Part shown: in pieces, positions 1 through 10,856 of the stretch
Position numbering within the stretch: the first letter of the stretch is position 1
Layout of the letters: every line of letters starts with the position of its first letter
From: Nitrospirales bacterium
GTDB taxonomy: Bacteria > Nitrospirota > Nitrospiria > Nitrospirales > UBA8639
Reading direction: 5' to 3'
NCBI GenBank assembly: GCA_965223295.1
Contig: CBDCWC010000003.1
Span: 1,472,001-1,536,000, forward strand
DNA: 64,000 nucleotides
Notes under the pieces: model-generated
Database searches by the model: none
What the model saw: only the letters and a program-made list of their open reading frames with translations
What the model was told of the DNA's origin: nothing
Translations under genes and position numbers: made by a program

Positions 1-47
1 CCAGTTTTTACAACTTAATTTATGAAGGACAAGCCTTTGCTTCTACG

Positions 48-341
48 ATGGGCAGGATTGACCTTACCGAACAGGAACGGTATTTAGGGCGTGTCGAAGG
101 TCTTAATTGGGTATTAGATCGATGTCAAGAGTTAGAAGACGTAGATATGAATCTCACAACAGCTTCCTTGCAAAAACTTCTGGGAGATGTGAAATCTGAT
201 TTAGAGCACGAACTCTCTATTCAACGGCGAGAGAAGGGGCGACGAGCCGATGGGCGTGAAGAGGCCTTGTTATTTGTTGGGGACTATCTTGCCAGCCTCA
301 TGACAGCGACTGAAATCGAGTCAGCCAAAAGCCCGGTCTAA
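48..341 (+). CDS. hypothetical helical protein
   Basis: 97-aa ORF with protein-like composition; no family recognised. Confidence 0.7.
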   Translation: MGRIDLTEQERYLGRVEGLNWVLDRCQELEDVDMNLTTASLQKLLGDVKSDLEHELSIQRREKGRRADGREEALLFVGDYLASLMTATEIESAKSPV

Positions 342-406
342 ATATCTATGTATTTATCTGGACTATGCCTTGGTCCAGAGCTTTCCCGTGTTTCTTCCTT
401 TCCAAC

Positions 407-628
407 ATGGAGTTTACGAGAAAAATCATCATACGTGAATGGATTGTGCTTGCACTTTGTCTTGGATTAGGGGCCCACGTTGCTCTTGGCGTACTCTTGC
501 ATGGAAGCTTAGGTTGGCCGACGGAATCTTTTGGCTTCTATGGAATTTTTTTTGGTGTACTAATTTATATTTTCGTGCAGGTGGGTCGGGGGCTTTGGCG
601 AGTTACGAGGGGAAAGTCAAAGACTTGA
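407..628 (+). CDS. small 2-TM membrane protein
   Basis: two hydrophobic segments and a basic C-terminus; start at 407 or 365 uncertain. Confidence 0.6.
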   Translation: MEFTRKIIIREWIVLALCLGLGAHVALGVLLHGSLGWPTESFGFYGIFFGVLIYIFVQVGRGLWRVTRGKSKT

Positions 629-633
629 TTAAT

Positions 634-774
634 GAGCACCTCTAAAAACTGGGGGTTTTTTTCGAGGCTAAGGAAACAGCGCGCGGAAAACCGTAGTGTA
701 TGGGCCAATACATGAGGGTTTGAGCACGCGGCTGAGGCCGCCATCGGGAAAAAGGACGGTTTATAGAAGTGCCC
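634..774. mobile_element. MITE family A, copy 1 (degenerate)
   Basis: imperfect TIRs GAGCACCTCTAAAAACTG / CGGTTTATAGAAGTGCCC; closely similar to 58757-58898. Confidence 0.8.
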
Positions 775-843
775 TAGAAAGTGTGTCTAGAATTCCTGCT
801 TTTTGTGTGTTCTGCAGTTTGAACGAATAAGAATATTAGAGAT

Positions 844-1140
844 TTAGGAAAGATCAGATTTCTTGACGAGTATACCTTCTTCAATCAGCATGATAGGGAT
901 TTGGTCTCTTATTGGATAAACCACGGTCTCATCTTTTCTCAGAAGGCCACCATCAATAGGTTCCGAGACAGGTTGCCCTCCTTTTGTTGTCAGCTCCCCT
1001 TTTGTAATCCGTTGATTCAGTTGTTCTACGACACTAGGTTCTAACAACCGAATCTCTTGTTTGGTTTCAGGACAGCAGAGAATAGCAAGCAAGTCGTCGG
1101 AAATTACACCTTTGTTTTGTGATGCTGTATTAGTTTCCAC
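844..1140 (-). CDS. Trm112-family protein
   Basis: LLAILCCPETK...YPIRDQIPIMLIEE signature; GGAG RBS before GTG. Confidence 0.85.
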   Translation of the reverse strand: METNTASQNKGVISDDLLAILCCPETKQEIRLLEPSVVEQLNQRITKGELTTKGGQPVSEPIDGGLLRKDETVVYPIRDQIPIMLIEEGILVKKSDLS

Positions 1141-1321
1141 CGAAACACTCCTTTTTATAAGAGATGGCTTATATCACAGGATGTAAAAGTAGCACTATCT
1201 CTGGATTGAGGCAAGAAGAGAAAAGGCAATAAGGCGACGCTAAAAGCTGGATTAGTTCTCGTTGTAATGCGCAAAAAGTATGGCTTTGGTACACTAAGGA
1301 GTCGGTACAATTGGTCATCGT

Positions 1322-1957
1322 ATGAGTTCTTTTTCTTTCCATAGTCTTCATCGATACTTTCTGACAGGGCTCTTTATCATTGTTCCAGCTTGGGGAACGG
1401 TGCTCATTCTTTATACGCTCTTTGAAGCCCTCGAGCATATGACAGTTGGTCTCGTTCAGACATTATATGGAATCACCATTCCTGGCTCTGGGATTACGTT
1501 TTTCTGCCTATTGGTCCTTTGGGTGGGAATGGGGACAACGTATCTCGTGGGGCAACGAATTCATCAAAAATTTGAATCATCCCTGGAACAGATACCCTTT
1601 GTGCGAAGTATTTATCATACGTTGAAAAGCATGGCCGATGTTCTCAAATTTGGTGAGCGATTTGGACAAAGCAAGGTCGTGGCCTTTCCCTTTCCTCGTG
1701 ATGGATTATGGGCACTTGGATTTGATATGGGTCTTCCTCCATCCAGATTGCAGGTTTCTCCAGGGACCACATTGATCATGGTTTTTGTCCCCACTGCGAT
1801 TCATCCGTTTACAGGGTATTTGGCATTTGTTCCTGAGGATAAGGTTAACCGCATTCAACTACGTCCTGAAGAAGCCATGAAAATGGAATTTTCAGCCGGT
1901 TTGTACCGTCCGCCTTCTGGATGGCTAACACCGGCAAGATTGCCCCGAACCTCCTAG
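1322..1957 (+). CDS. DUF502 family membrane protein
   Basis: FLTGLFIIVP, IPFVRSIY and VFVPTAIHPFTGY motifs. Confidence 0.85.
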   Translation: MSSFSFHSLHRYFLTGLFIIVPAWGTVLILYTLFEALEHMTVGLVQTLYGITIPGSGITFFCLLVLWVGMGTTYLVGQRIHQKFESSLEQIPFVRSIYHTLKSMADVLKFGERFGQSKVVAFPFPRDGLWALGFDMGLPPSRLQVSPGTTLIMVFVPTAIHPFTGYLAFVPEDKVNRIQLRPEEAMKMEFSAGLYRPPSGWLTPARLPRTS

Positions 1958-1967
1958 TGAATGCGAA

Positions 1968-2486
1968 ATGATTGAAAGCGGTACATTGCGGATTAGGCGG
2001 GCAACTATAGCCGACAAAGAAACTATTCGTGTCTTTAATGCGGCCTTAGCAAGAGAAACGGAGGCGCGAAATCTCGACATACAAGTCTTACAGGCTGGAG
2101 TAGAGGCGATACTGGCAGATCCTCTTAAAGGTTGGTATGTCCTAGCCGAATGCGTTCCTGATTCAGGTCAACCGACAGTTATTGGTCAGATTCTCATTAC
2201 CTTTGAGTGGAGTGATTGGCGGAATGGCTATTTTTGGTGGCTGCAAAGTCTTTATGTAGACCAACATTATAGGCAGCAAGGTGTGTTCCGTCAGTTGTAT
2301 GAGTATGTTTGTGGCGAAGCGCGACACAGTTTGGAGAATGTCTGCGGGTTTCGCTTATATGTAGAAGGATCAAATCATACTGCACAAGAGATCTATGCCT
2401 ATATCGGACTTCAGAGGACTCCTTATCAAATGTATGAAATTGACTTTTCTGAGAACCAGTCAGTTTCAGCTCCTCCTATTCAATGA
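1968..2486 (+). CDS. GNAT N-acetyltransferase
   Basis: FEWSDWRNG..WLQSLYV...YRQQGVFRQL; RLYVE..N..A. Confidence 0.9.
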   Translation: MIESGTLRIRRATIADKETIRVFNAALARETEARNLDIQVLQAGVEAILADPLKGWYVLAECVPDSGQPTVIGQILITFEWSDWRNGYFWWLQSLYVDQHYRQQGVFRQLYEYVCGEARHSLENVCGFRLYVEGSNHTAQEIYAYIGLQRTPYQMYEIDFSENQSVSAPPIQ

Positions 2487-3811
2487 CTGAAATGATCTTG
2501 GAAATGTATTCCTTACCTGCCAAAACCCTGGTTGAGTCTCTGTCTGTAAAGTTCCCTTGGTTACGAGTCTGTGGATTCAGTGTCTTGGTCTGGATTTTTT
2601 GTGGATACTCCGCAGATTCGGCGGAGGCTTTGAAGCATCCACCCATCACGGAGCCACGTCCACATGTTCAAGATCTTGGAATAACAATTGGTGAATACGA
2701 CTCAGGTGAATGGAATAGCATTACTGATGTCCCGGGAGTGAAAGTGGGACATGTCACAATTATTGAAGGGCAGGGAGAGCTTCATCCTGGACATGGGCCG
2801 GTTCGAACCGGAGCCACGGTGATTATTCCTCGGGACGATGTGTGGCATCACAAAGTTCCAGCTGGTGCCTTTGTCTTAAACGGGACAGGGGAAATGACGG
2901 GGTTAGCCTGGATCATGGAGTCCGGCTTTCTGGAATATCCTATTGCCTTAACGAATACGTTAAATGTCCCTCGAGTTGCTGATGGCGTCATGAGCTGGAT
3001 GATCCAGCAGTATCCGGATATTGGCATCCGTGATGATACGCTGACTCCAGTGGTCGCCGAATGTGATGATAGTCGGCTAAATGATAGCCAAGGCCGGCAC
3101 GTTTCGCCGGAACAGGTGGTGCAAGCATTGGAAACGGCGGCGAGCGGGCCAATTCAAGAGGGGGCTGTTGGCGCAGGAACGGGGATGGTGTCCTACCAAT
3201 TCAAAGGTGGAATTGGCAGCGCTTCACGGGTTCTTCCGATGGAAAAAGGCGGTTACCGAGTAGGGGTGCTCGTTAATGCCAATCATGGGCGTCGCCATGA
3301 ATTCACTCTCGCAGGAGTTCCTGTTGGTCGACTTTATAGGAACGAGGATGAAACTGTAGCCAAGCAACAAAACCTGCCTGATTCTTCGATCTCCTTAAAA
3401 GTCATTCATCCTCAAAAGCGACAAGATAGCGGTTCTATTATTATAATCATCGCGACTGATGCCCCTCTAGATGCTCGACAACTTTCTCGTTTGTCAAGAC
3501 GAGCAACGATTGGTTTGGCCCGGACGGGATCGATTTCTCATCATGGAAGCGGTGATTTTGTGTTGGCTTTTTCCACAGGAAATATTATTCCACATTATCC
3601 TAAGAAACAAACCTTTGTCATGACACATGTAGCTGATACTCATCTCAATCCTCTCTTTCAGGCTACGGTAGAGGCGACGGAGGAGGCGATTCTGAATGCG
3701 CTCTTACAAGCCACAACTATGACTGGGAGAGATGATCGACAATTTGAGGCCATTTCCATCAAGCAACTCCGTTCAATTCTGGCATCGTATCCATCAATGA
3801 ATCACCAGTGA
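2483..3811 (+). CDS. P1/S58 family peptidase (DmpA-like), probably exported
   Basis: NSITDVPGVKVGH, VVAECDD, GAGTGM..FKGGIG, GSIIIIIATDAP, GSGD. Confidence 0.9.
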   Translation: MTEMILEMYSLPAKTLVESLSVKFPWLRVCGFSVLVWIFCGYSADSAEALKHPPITEPRPHVQDLGITIGEYDSGEWNSITDVPGVKVGHVTIIEGQGELHPGHGPVRTGATVIIPRDDVWHHKVPAGAFVLNGTGEMTGLAWIMESGFLEYPIALTNTLNVPRVADGVMSWMIQQYPDIGIRDDTLTPVVAECDDSRLNDSQGRHVSPEQVVQALETAASGPIQEGAVGAGTGMVSYQFKGGIGSASRVLPMEKGGYRVGVLVNANHGRRHEFTLAGVPVGRLYRNEDETVAKQQNLPDSSISLKVIHPQKRQDSGSIIIIIATDAPLDARQLSRLSRRATIGLARTGSISHHGSGDFVLAFSTGNIIPHYPKKQTFVMTHVADTHLNPLFQATVEATEEAILNALLQATTMTGRDDRQFEAISIKQLRSILASYPSMNHQ

Positions 3812-5016
3812 GACCATGTCTGATGCAATGTCATGTGGCAATTTCTCAAGACTCGAATGCGCAACAGGCAGCTCAAGTTGTTTCTCGATCGCTTCAAGAC
3901 GCATTTGGTGAAAAAGCCTGTGATCTTGCTTGTGTCTTTTTCTCTCCCCATTTTGCACATGATGGACAATCTTTACTAGCGATCATTCGTAAAAATCTTT
4001 GCCCCCAAATAGTAGTTGGTTGTATGGGCGCAGGTGTGATTGGCGGAGCACAAGAAATTGAGGAACATCCCGGGCTTGTATTGTGGGGCCTGAGGCACTC
4101 CCATATGCAGATCACACCATTTCATTTAATACCGACGAAAAATGGAGAGACGTTCACCTTCGAAGGCTGGCCAGGCATGCTGAAGGAGAAGGTCTCGCCT
4201 CAAACATTTCTTCTTTTTGTGGACCCATTTTCGACACCAATCGACGAATTATTTGCACTTCTAGAGCGGCACACTCTTGGTGCAACTGCCATTGGGGGAA
4301 TCGCAAGTGGAGGAATGAACGAGAGAAAATCTCAATTGATCTTACAAGATAAAATAGTCGAAACAGGAGTCGTGGGTGTGGCGATCCAGGGAAATGTAAA
4401 AATACGCACGGTCGTGTCGCAAGGGAGTCAACCGATTGGAGAACGGTATGTCGTCACAAAGGTAGACCAGAACGTCATTCAAGAGCTTGGAGGTCTTCCT
4501 CCTTTAGAGCGACTAGAAACAACCCTGAAAGCTTTGGGTGAAACCGAACGAGAACAAGCCGCAAATGGATTGCAAGTAGGGATTGCCATGGACGAGCATC
4601 GTGCAGAGTTTGGGCCAGGAGATTTTTTGATTCGTGACTTGTTGGGAGCTGACCGGCCATCAGGTCATCTTGCCATCGCCGATTTTGTTCAGGAAGGTCA
4701 AACGGTTCAGTTTCATATTCGCAACCCCCAAGCCGCAGGCGAAGATTTAGTCGAGTTGCTCACCTGGGAGCGACAACAATGTCCACAAGAGGAACCTAAA
4801 GGGGCGTTACTCTTTAGCTGTAATGGCCGTGGACAGCGATTTTTTCAAAAGCCGCATCATGATATTGCGGCCGTACAACAATCTATGGGCAGGATGCCCA
4901 TTGCTGGATTTTTTGCAGGTGGAGAAATTGGGCCGGTTGCTGGAAAGAATTATTTACATGGCTATACGGCGAGTCTTGCCCTGTTCTATGATGAGATATC
5001 TTTCCCGGTCGAATAG
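3808..5016 (+). CDS. FIST domain protein
   Basis: VSQG..PIG, LLFSCNGRG, GFFAGGEIGP...LHGYT. Confidence 0.9.
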   Translation: MRPCLMQCHVAISQDSNAQQAAQVVSRSLQDAFGEKACDLACVFFSPHFAHDGQSLLAIIRKNLCPQIVVGCMGAGVIGGAQEIEEHPGLVLWGLRHSHMQITPFHLIPTKNGETFTFEGWPGMLKEKVSPQTFLLFVDPFSTPIDELFALLERHTLGATAIGGIASGGMNERKSQLILQDKIVETGVVGVAIQGNVKIRTVVSQGSQPIGERYVVTKVDQNVIQELGGLPPLERLETTLKALGETEREQAANGLQVGIAMDEHRAEFGPGDFLIRDLLGADRPSGHLAIADFVQEGQTVQFHIRNPQAAGEDLVELLTWERQQCPQEEPKGALLFSCNGRGQRFFQKPHHDIAAVQQSMGRMPIAGFFAGGEIGPVAGKNYLHGYTASLALFYDEISFPVE

Positions 5017-5067
5017 ACTCATGATCACCAGTATTCATCACAAACTATTGCTATTGGGGATTTCACT

Positions 5068-5529
5068 ATGAAAATTAGGATTGCGAGGTCGTCACGAGCA
5101 TATTCATTTTCACCCGGTAAGGCTTGGGCATTGTTTGCAATGTGCGGGCTACTTCTGCTGCCTCTTGTAAGCCTAGCTGCTGAAGAGGGCATGGTCGAAA
5201 CTTCTTCGGGCTTGCAATATGTTGATCTTGTTGTAGGGGAAGGGCGGGTAGCTCATGCAGGGGAAACGGCAACGGTTCATTATACTGGCACATTAGTAGA
5301 GGGAACGAAGTTTGATAGTTCCAAGGACCGCGATCAGCCATTTTCATTTCGACTTGGAGCGGGCCAAGTGATTAAAGGTTGGGATGAAGGAGTTGAAGGC
5401 ATGAAAATCGGCGGGACTCGAAAATTGATCATTCCTCCACGGTTGGGATATGGAGCCCGTGGAGCAGGAAGGGTCATTCCTCCCAACGCCACGCTGATTT
5501 TTGAAGTGGAACTCCTTGATTTGCGTTAA
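5068..5529 (+). CDS. FKBP-type peptidyl-prolyl isomerase, exported
   Basis: [30 protein letters not shown]; signal peptide. Confidence 0.95.
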   Translation: MKIRIARSSRAYSFSPGKAWALFAMCGLLLLPLVSLAAEEGMVETSSGLQYVDLVVGEGRVAHAGETATVHYTGTLVEGTKFDSSKDRDQPFSFRLGAGQVIKGWDEGVEGMKIGGTRKLIIPPRLGYGARGAGRVIPPNATLIFEVELLDLR

Positions 5530-6626
5530 TGAAAGAAACCCCGCTTACACAGATGCATTGTGCGCAAGGAGCCAAATTAGTGGACTTTGCTGGCTGGCTT
5601 ATGCCTATGCAATACACAGGGGTTATCGATGAATACCAGGCTGTGCGTCATGGGGTTGGGTTGTTTGATGTCAGTCATATGGGGCGGATCAAGATCTCAG
5701 GACCTCAGGCCGTAGCTTTTTTACAATGGGTGACGACGAACGATGTTGAACGTCTGGCTGTTGGTCGGGCTCAGTACAGTATGGTGTGCCAAGAGTCTGG
5801 TGGAATCTTAGATGATATTTTCGTCTATAAAATTGCTGAAACCGAATTCCTTGTGTGTGTTAATGCCTCGAACCGAATCAAAATTCTAGAATGGTTTCAG
5901 AAACAACAACACGCAAAGTTCCTACAAGCAACTATTTGTGACCAATCAGAAAAACTCGCGCAAATAGCCATTCAAGGACCTGCATCAAAGCATCTGTTAA
6001 CAAACATATTAGGCTCAATCGTCGAGACATTGCAGCCTCGTCAGTGTCTTCCATTGGAAACGAATGGGTTCTCTGGGCTGTTAAGTCGAACGGGTTACAC
6101 GGGAGAGATAGGCTATGAATGGTATCTTCCTGCTGACCAAGCTGAATCGGCATGGGAACAGCTGCTCAAGGCTGGGAAACCCAACCAGGTCAAACCGGCA
6201 GGGCTTGGTGCGCGGGATCTGCTTCGGCTGGACGTGGGGTATTTGCTCTATGGCAACGATATCAATGAACAGACTACTCCGTTAGAGGCCGGAGCGGGAT
6301 GGGTAGTGTCATGGAAGAAAGGGCCATTTGAAGGTTCCCAGGCACTGCTAAAACAAAAAGAGCAGGGAATATCTCGAAGGCTTATTGGATTTGAAATGAC
6401 GGAACGTGGAGTTCCTCGACACGACATGGAAATTTTCAAAGATGGGATGGCCGTCGGAACCGTCACGAGCGGGAATTTTTCTCCTATCTTACAAAAGGGC
6501 ATTGGCTTAGGGGCGCTTCCCCCAAACCTCTCTAAGGAAGGGATTGTGCTCACCATTAACATTCGAGGAAAACAGGTAGAGGCTCACGTCGTAAAACTAC
6601 CATTCTACAAACGCCATAAATCGTAA
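5529..6626 (+). CDS. gcvT: glycine cleavage system aminomethyltransferase T
   Basis: DFAGWLMPMQY, LFDVSHMG, SRTGYTGE, GLGARD.LRL. Confidence 0.95.
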   Translation: MKETPLTQMHCAQGAKLVDFAGWLMPMQYTGVIDEYQAVRHGVGLFDVSHMGRIKISGPQAVAFLQWVTTNDVERLAVGRAQYSMVCQESGGILDDIFVYKIAETEFLVCVNASNRIKILEWFQKQQHAKFLQATICDQSEKLAQIAIQGPASKHLLTNILGSIVETLQPRQCLPLETNGFSGLLSRTGYTGEIGYEWYLPADQAESAWEQLLKAGKPNQVKPAGLGARDLLRLDVGYLLYGNDINEQTTPLEAGAGWVVSWKKGPFEGSQALLKQKEQGISRRLIGFEMTERGVPRHDMEIFKDGMAVGTVTSGNFSPILQKGIGLGALPPNLSKEGIVLTINIRGKQVEAHVVKLPFYKRHKS

Positions 6627-6647
6627 AGCCTGTCCTTCAAGTCGACG

Positions 6648-7184
6648 ATGCCCAGCTCTGAAAAAAATCTCTTGTCCTCTCAGCAAGTCTACGCAGGAAA
6701 ATTTTTACGACTGAATGTCGATACGGTTGCTCTGCCAAATGGCCGTACGACGGCGTTAGAAATACTTCGGCATCCTGGGGCCTCGGCGGTTGTGCCACTC
6801 AAGGAGGATGGCACTGTGATCTTGATTCGTCAGTTACGTTATGCGGCGGGTGGATTTATCTACGAAATCCCTGCTGGCAAATTAGATCCGAAGGAGGATC
6901 CCCGAGACTGTGCTGCACGGGAATTAGAGGAAGAGATTGGGTTTCGGGCAGGCAAGCTAGAGTTACTGACTAGCATCTGGACGGCGCCAGGATTTACAGA
7001 CGAAGTGATCCATATCTATCAAGGAACAAATTTAGAGAACGGTCAGCAAAGCTTAGATCAGGATGAAGTTTTGGAAATCGTTGAGTGGCCCCTAGAAGAA
7101 GCCATCGCCAAAATTCAGGATAAAACGATTCGAGATGCCAAAACCATCATCGGCCTACAAATGGTCTATGCACGAGCCAAATAA
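6648..7184 (+). CDS. NUDIX hydrolase (ADP-ribose pyrophosphatase-like)
   Basis: EIPAGK...CAARELEEEIG Nudix box; DAKT. Confidence 0.9.
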   Translation: MPSSEKNLLSSQQVYAGKFLRLNVDTVALPNGRTTALEILRHPGASAVVPLKEDGTVILIRQLRYAAGGFIYEIPAGKLDPKEDPRDCAARELEEEIGFRAGKLELLTSIWTAPGFTDEVIHIYQGTNLENGQQSLDQDEVLEIVEWPLEEAIAKIQDKTIRDAKTIIGLQMVYARAK

Positions 7185-7228
7185 ATTCATACTGCTAGAA
7201 CTTCAGATTTCTAGAAATAGCTTTTGAA

Positions 7229-7284
7229 TCCCCTCGCTCTTTCAGGGCTTGGCCTCGAAAGAGGACAAGGCTAGGGTGAGGGTA
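7229..7284. repeat. REP-like intergenic element
   Basis: CCCTCGCTCT...AGGCTAGGGTGAGGGT between convergent genes. Confidence 0.4.
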
Positions 7285-7323
7285 AAGGCTCAGTAGTAAG
7301 AGGTAGGACAGTATAGCAGTCAC

Positions 7324-8187
7324 TTACGCAACCTCTCCTAAAAGTGCAGTCTCTTCGCCGTCAAGTACAGATGGCAATGGCTGAGAAAGTTCATCTTCAT
7401 ACGTTGTGGTGAGTTCGACATGTCCCAAATGAGGGGTACCCTGTTGGTGGCGACTTTCAGAACGAAAGTCGGAATGAAGACTTAATTGTTTCAGAAGGTA
7501 CACGGCTAACTCGATTCTGGAAATAGCTTGTGTGGCGGTAATATGTCGAACACCCGTTTCCTTGCTGTTGACTAATGCCATCACTCTCTTAGCTAAATCC
7601 TTCGCCCATACCGTGGAACGATATTCGTCCTGAACAATCGTAATAGGAAGTTGGTGTTGCGTCCGGTATCGGAGCCAGTCTAAATGTCCAGTACGTCCAT
7701 TTGGTGATGGCCCAATCGCCAATCCTGTCCGTATGACCAAAGATTGCGGTCTCTGCAAGACCAGTTTTTCTGCTTCCAAACGAGTTCTTCCATAGATACT
7801 GATTGGGCAAGGTGAGGAATATTCGTCGTACGTACCATCTCCGCCAAACACATGATCTGAGGAAATATACACCATACGTAGGGTGGGAGGTAGAACCTTT
7901 AGTGTGTGGTGAAGGTACTCCACGTTGACTTCATAGGCCCATTCCGGGTCTGCTTCACATTTTGGTACATCACATACGGCATGGGCATACACTAGGACTT
8001 TTGGTTGGTATTTTGTCATGATGGTTTTTACCCATCTTGAATCTTCCAAGTTGAGTGCCGCCCAGTTCTGTGCTGCGGGTGATCGATGTCCTGGCGAAGT
8101 GAACGGCAGAATTGTCTCGGGAAACAATCTGGCCAGATTAAACCCAAAAATAGACGTAGCCCCAAAGAGCAGTGTTGAAGGATTCAT
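7324..8187 (-). CDS. RmlD-like sugar-nucleotide-binding SDR
   Basis: CDVPKCEADP...VNV, YISSDHVFGG, PISIYGRTR. Confidence 0.85.
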   Translation of the reverse strand: MNPSTLLFGATSIFGFNLARLFPETILPFTSPGHRSPAAQNWAALNLEDSRWVKTIMTKYQPKVLVYAHAVCDVPKCEADPEWAYEVNVEYLHHTLKVLPPTLRMVYISSDHVFGGDGTYDEYSSPCPISIYGRTRLEAEKLVLQRPQSLVIRTGLAIGPSPNGRTGHLDWLRYRTQHQLPITIVQDEYRSTVWAKDLAKRVMALVNSKETGVRHITATQAISRIELAVYLLKQLSLHSDFRSESRHQQGTPHLGHVELTTTYEDELSQPLPSVLDGEETALLGEVA

Positions 8188-8210
8188 GTTGGGTGATCGG
8201 TAAAATTTTT

Positions 8211-8861
8211 CTAATGTTCAGTCATGAACCAGCCCGCGATGGACAAGCGTTTATGATCTCCAGCTAGCGTATCGACTCGGCAGACACGGTGTTGCCGCGG
8301 GACAGCAAAGATTGCAAGTGATCCTGGTGTAGGTGAAATACAATGAGTCACCTGTAGAGATAGCTTATTAGAGGGATCGGTAGGGGGGCCATATATGATG
8401 AGCTCTCCGCCCCAGTCTGGGTGCCATTCTTCATGGAAATATGTGGCCAATGCTAAGCGTCGCGTGGGAGGGATTTTGCCCTCTGCATAGGCATAAGCCT
8501 CGTCTGTATCGTCATGGGTGCTCAGGCAATCGCCCACACCATAAGAGTAATAATTAAAATTGATATGCCGACCGATGATGTTGGGAAACGACTCAATATA
8601 TTCAGCTATGCATGGCAGACCCACTCTTTCGAGGAAACGACTTCCCTCAAGAGAAGCAATTTCGGCTTTTAACCAATTTCCGCAATTCTGAAATGCTTGG
8701 GCAACTGGAGGCATATCCGAAAGAGTTTTCCATGTGACTTGTTCCATCGCTTCGCGAAAGAATTTTCTTTCGCTGGCAGTCCAAAAATCTTCTAAGATTA
8801 AGACAGGGTCGTTAGCAAATGAGAATTCTTCAGGACGAAAGTTAGAAAAATTTATTTGCAT
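8211..8861 (-). CDS. 2OG-Fe(II) oxygenase (prolyl-hydroxylase-like)
   Basis: HxD (THDD), W..DWGGEL, H.V, KRLSIAGWF. Confidence 0.9.
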   Translation of the reverse strand: MQINFSNFRPEEFSFANDPVLILEDFWTASERKFFREAMEQVTWKTLSDMPPVAQAFQNCGNWLKAEIASLEGSRFLERVGLPCIAEYIESFPNIIGRHINFNYYSYGVGDCLSTHDDTDEAYAYAEGKIPPTRRLALATYFHEEWHPDWGGELIIYGPPTDPSNKLSLQVTHCISPTPGSLAIFAVPRQHRVCRVDTLAGDHKRLSIAGWFMTEH

Positions 8862-8975
8862 GTTTTACTCGCACTATTCCGATAACAAAATCTCTAGTCT
8901 CTTTGTAGCAAGATCCTTCTGGCGGAGCAATAACAAACGCACAGAGGCAATGGTACAATCGATGTATCTTTTGGC

Positions 8976-9162
8976 GGGTCCGTGAAAAAAGCCGCCAGCA
9001 GCGTTCTCGCCCTTTTCCCGTACTCACGTCATACCAGTACGCTCCGCGCGCAAAAATGGCGGGGCTTGCTGGACGGAATTTTTTGACCATTCCCGTCGCA
9101 TTGAAGTCTCCATGGCACTGAAAGCGTTTTCGTAAATTGAAATTGAATTATTCAACAGTCCC
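8976..9162 (+). mobile_element. MITE family B, copy 1
   Basis: GGGTCCGTGAAAAAAGCCGCCAGCAGCGTTCTCGCC core, ending TTATTCAACAGTCCC; no clear TSD. Confidence 0.85.
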
Positions 9163-9713
9163 TATAATAAAGACAAGTGATCGATAGATCGATCAATCAA
9201 TATGAAATGAGGATTGGGTTATTGGAAACGAGGGAAGTCTCATTCAGTCGTAGGTAGAAGGAAGCCACCTTATAATTGGATGATGATCAAGCTGGCGGCT
9301 AGGTGTTGTGGCTTTGTGGAGGGCGCTTTGAAAGGACCGAGGGTGGTGAAGAAGCACTTCTCGACTAAATATGGGTCTTTTTGATGAAGTGATTCTAACT
9401 AATTGCAAAATGTCTATGATGAGCTAGCTGAATCGCCTCTAAGCCGTGGCTCATGGTGAGACGAGTCCAGTAGGTACCTGTGATTCTGTTATAATATGAC
9501 GTAATAAATAGAACAAAACATCGAAGTCAGGTAGAGCATTTGAGGGGGTTTCCAGCCTTACCAAGATTAATAAAGATGTTCGAGAATTGTTGGCGAAGAT
9601 GCTGTGCTACATTTGACTGATGGGAGAGGGATGAAAAGTCAAAGCGTTCAGATTTCTCACTCCAATATATGTTTCTGGAAAGGAAATAGTCTTGAATTGG
9701 GAAAGGTATGTAA

Positions 9714-10103
9714 ATGCAGCAAACAATTTTAGTGGTTGATGATGAGGCCGATGTTACCTCATCTCTGCAAGAACGATTGAGAATAGAAGGGTGCAATGTC
9801 TGTACAGCTTCGGATGGCCGAAAGGGTTTGAATTTGTATCATACGCAACACATTGACTTAGTTATTACAGATGTCTTGATGCCGGAACTGGATGGTCTGG
9901 AAGTTTTACGCTCCCTGCGCCGTCTCAGTACGACACTTCCAATCATTGCCATGTCTGGTGGTGGTGATCGTGATTTAGATTTTCTCGTGGAGGCCGAGGA
10001 GTTCGGAGCTACCCGGACGATTGCCAAGCCATTTAGGCTTGGCGAGCTTGTTGTTATGGTTAATGATTTGCTTAATAATCCCTCAAGGCATGATTCTGCT
10101 TGA
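9714..10103 (+). CDS. single-domain response regulator
   Basis: LVVDD, TDVLMP..DG, MSGG, AKPF. Confidence 0.92.
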   Translation: MQQTILVVDDEADVTSSLQERLRIEGCNVCTASDGRKGLNLYHTQHIDLVITDVLMPELDGLEVLRSLRRLSTTLPIIAMSGGGDRDLDFLVEAEEFGATRTIAKPFRLGELVVMVNDLLNNPSRHDSA

Positions 10104-10321
10104 AAGCCATTTCCCTCGATGCTTGCAGGCGTAATTTTCAACGTTTAACGATTTAATATTATGGACAAGTTTCAATAGAGAAAGGGTGTGGGTTTCTGTC
10201 TGTCTCGTCTATCAATTTTTGAGTGGAAAAATCCGAAAAGACTAGAAGAAAGACATTCGCTGGCCACTATCAATAGCAGGAACTGAGTCGCCAGTATTCA
10301 AATGAGAAATGTATAGACTAG

Positions 10322-10768
10322 ATGAGTGCCGACATTGCGAAAAAGGTAAAAACCGTGAGTGCCATCATGTCGTCTAAAGTCGTGACGATTGAAATGGATG
10401 ATTCTCTTGGTACGATTCAAGAGATATTTAAAAAAGTAAAATTTCATCATCTTATGGTCGTAGACGGTAGCAAGATTGTCGGTGTCATTTCCGATCGGGA
10501 TTTTTTTGAAGCGATCAGTCCCTATGTCGGGACCATGTCTGAAACCGACCGGGATCGAGCCACGTTAGCCAAGCGGGCTCATCAAATCATGTCTCATACT
10601 CCCATTACCGTTGAAAAATCGTGCTCAATTCAGAAAGCTGCGCGACTTATGCTAGAGAAACGAGTTTCCTGTCTCCCCATTGCCTCAAACAGTGGAGTGT
10701 TAGAAGGGGTCGTGACATGGAAGGATATGTTTAAGGTGTTTTTAGATAATCTTGTCCAAACGGATTGA
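10322..10768 (+). CDS. CBS-pair protein
   Basis: HHLMVV..VGVISDRD; SCLPI..GVVTWKD. Confidence 0.9.
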   Translation: MSADIAKKVKTVSAIMSSKVVTIEMDDSLGTIQEIFKKVKFHHLMVVDGSKIVGVISDRDFFEAISPYVGTMSETDRDRATLAKRAHQIMSHTPITVEKSCSIQKAARLMLEKRVSCLPIASNSGVLEGVVTWKDMFKVFLDNLVQTD

Positions 10769-10856
10769 AAAAAACACCCAAAAATTATTCTGACTCCCTC
10801 TTTACGGTTGGTGCAGCTAGGGTACGAGTTTCGTGCTATGAAAGGCTCATGAACGC

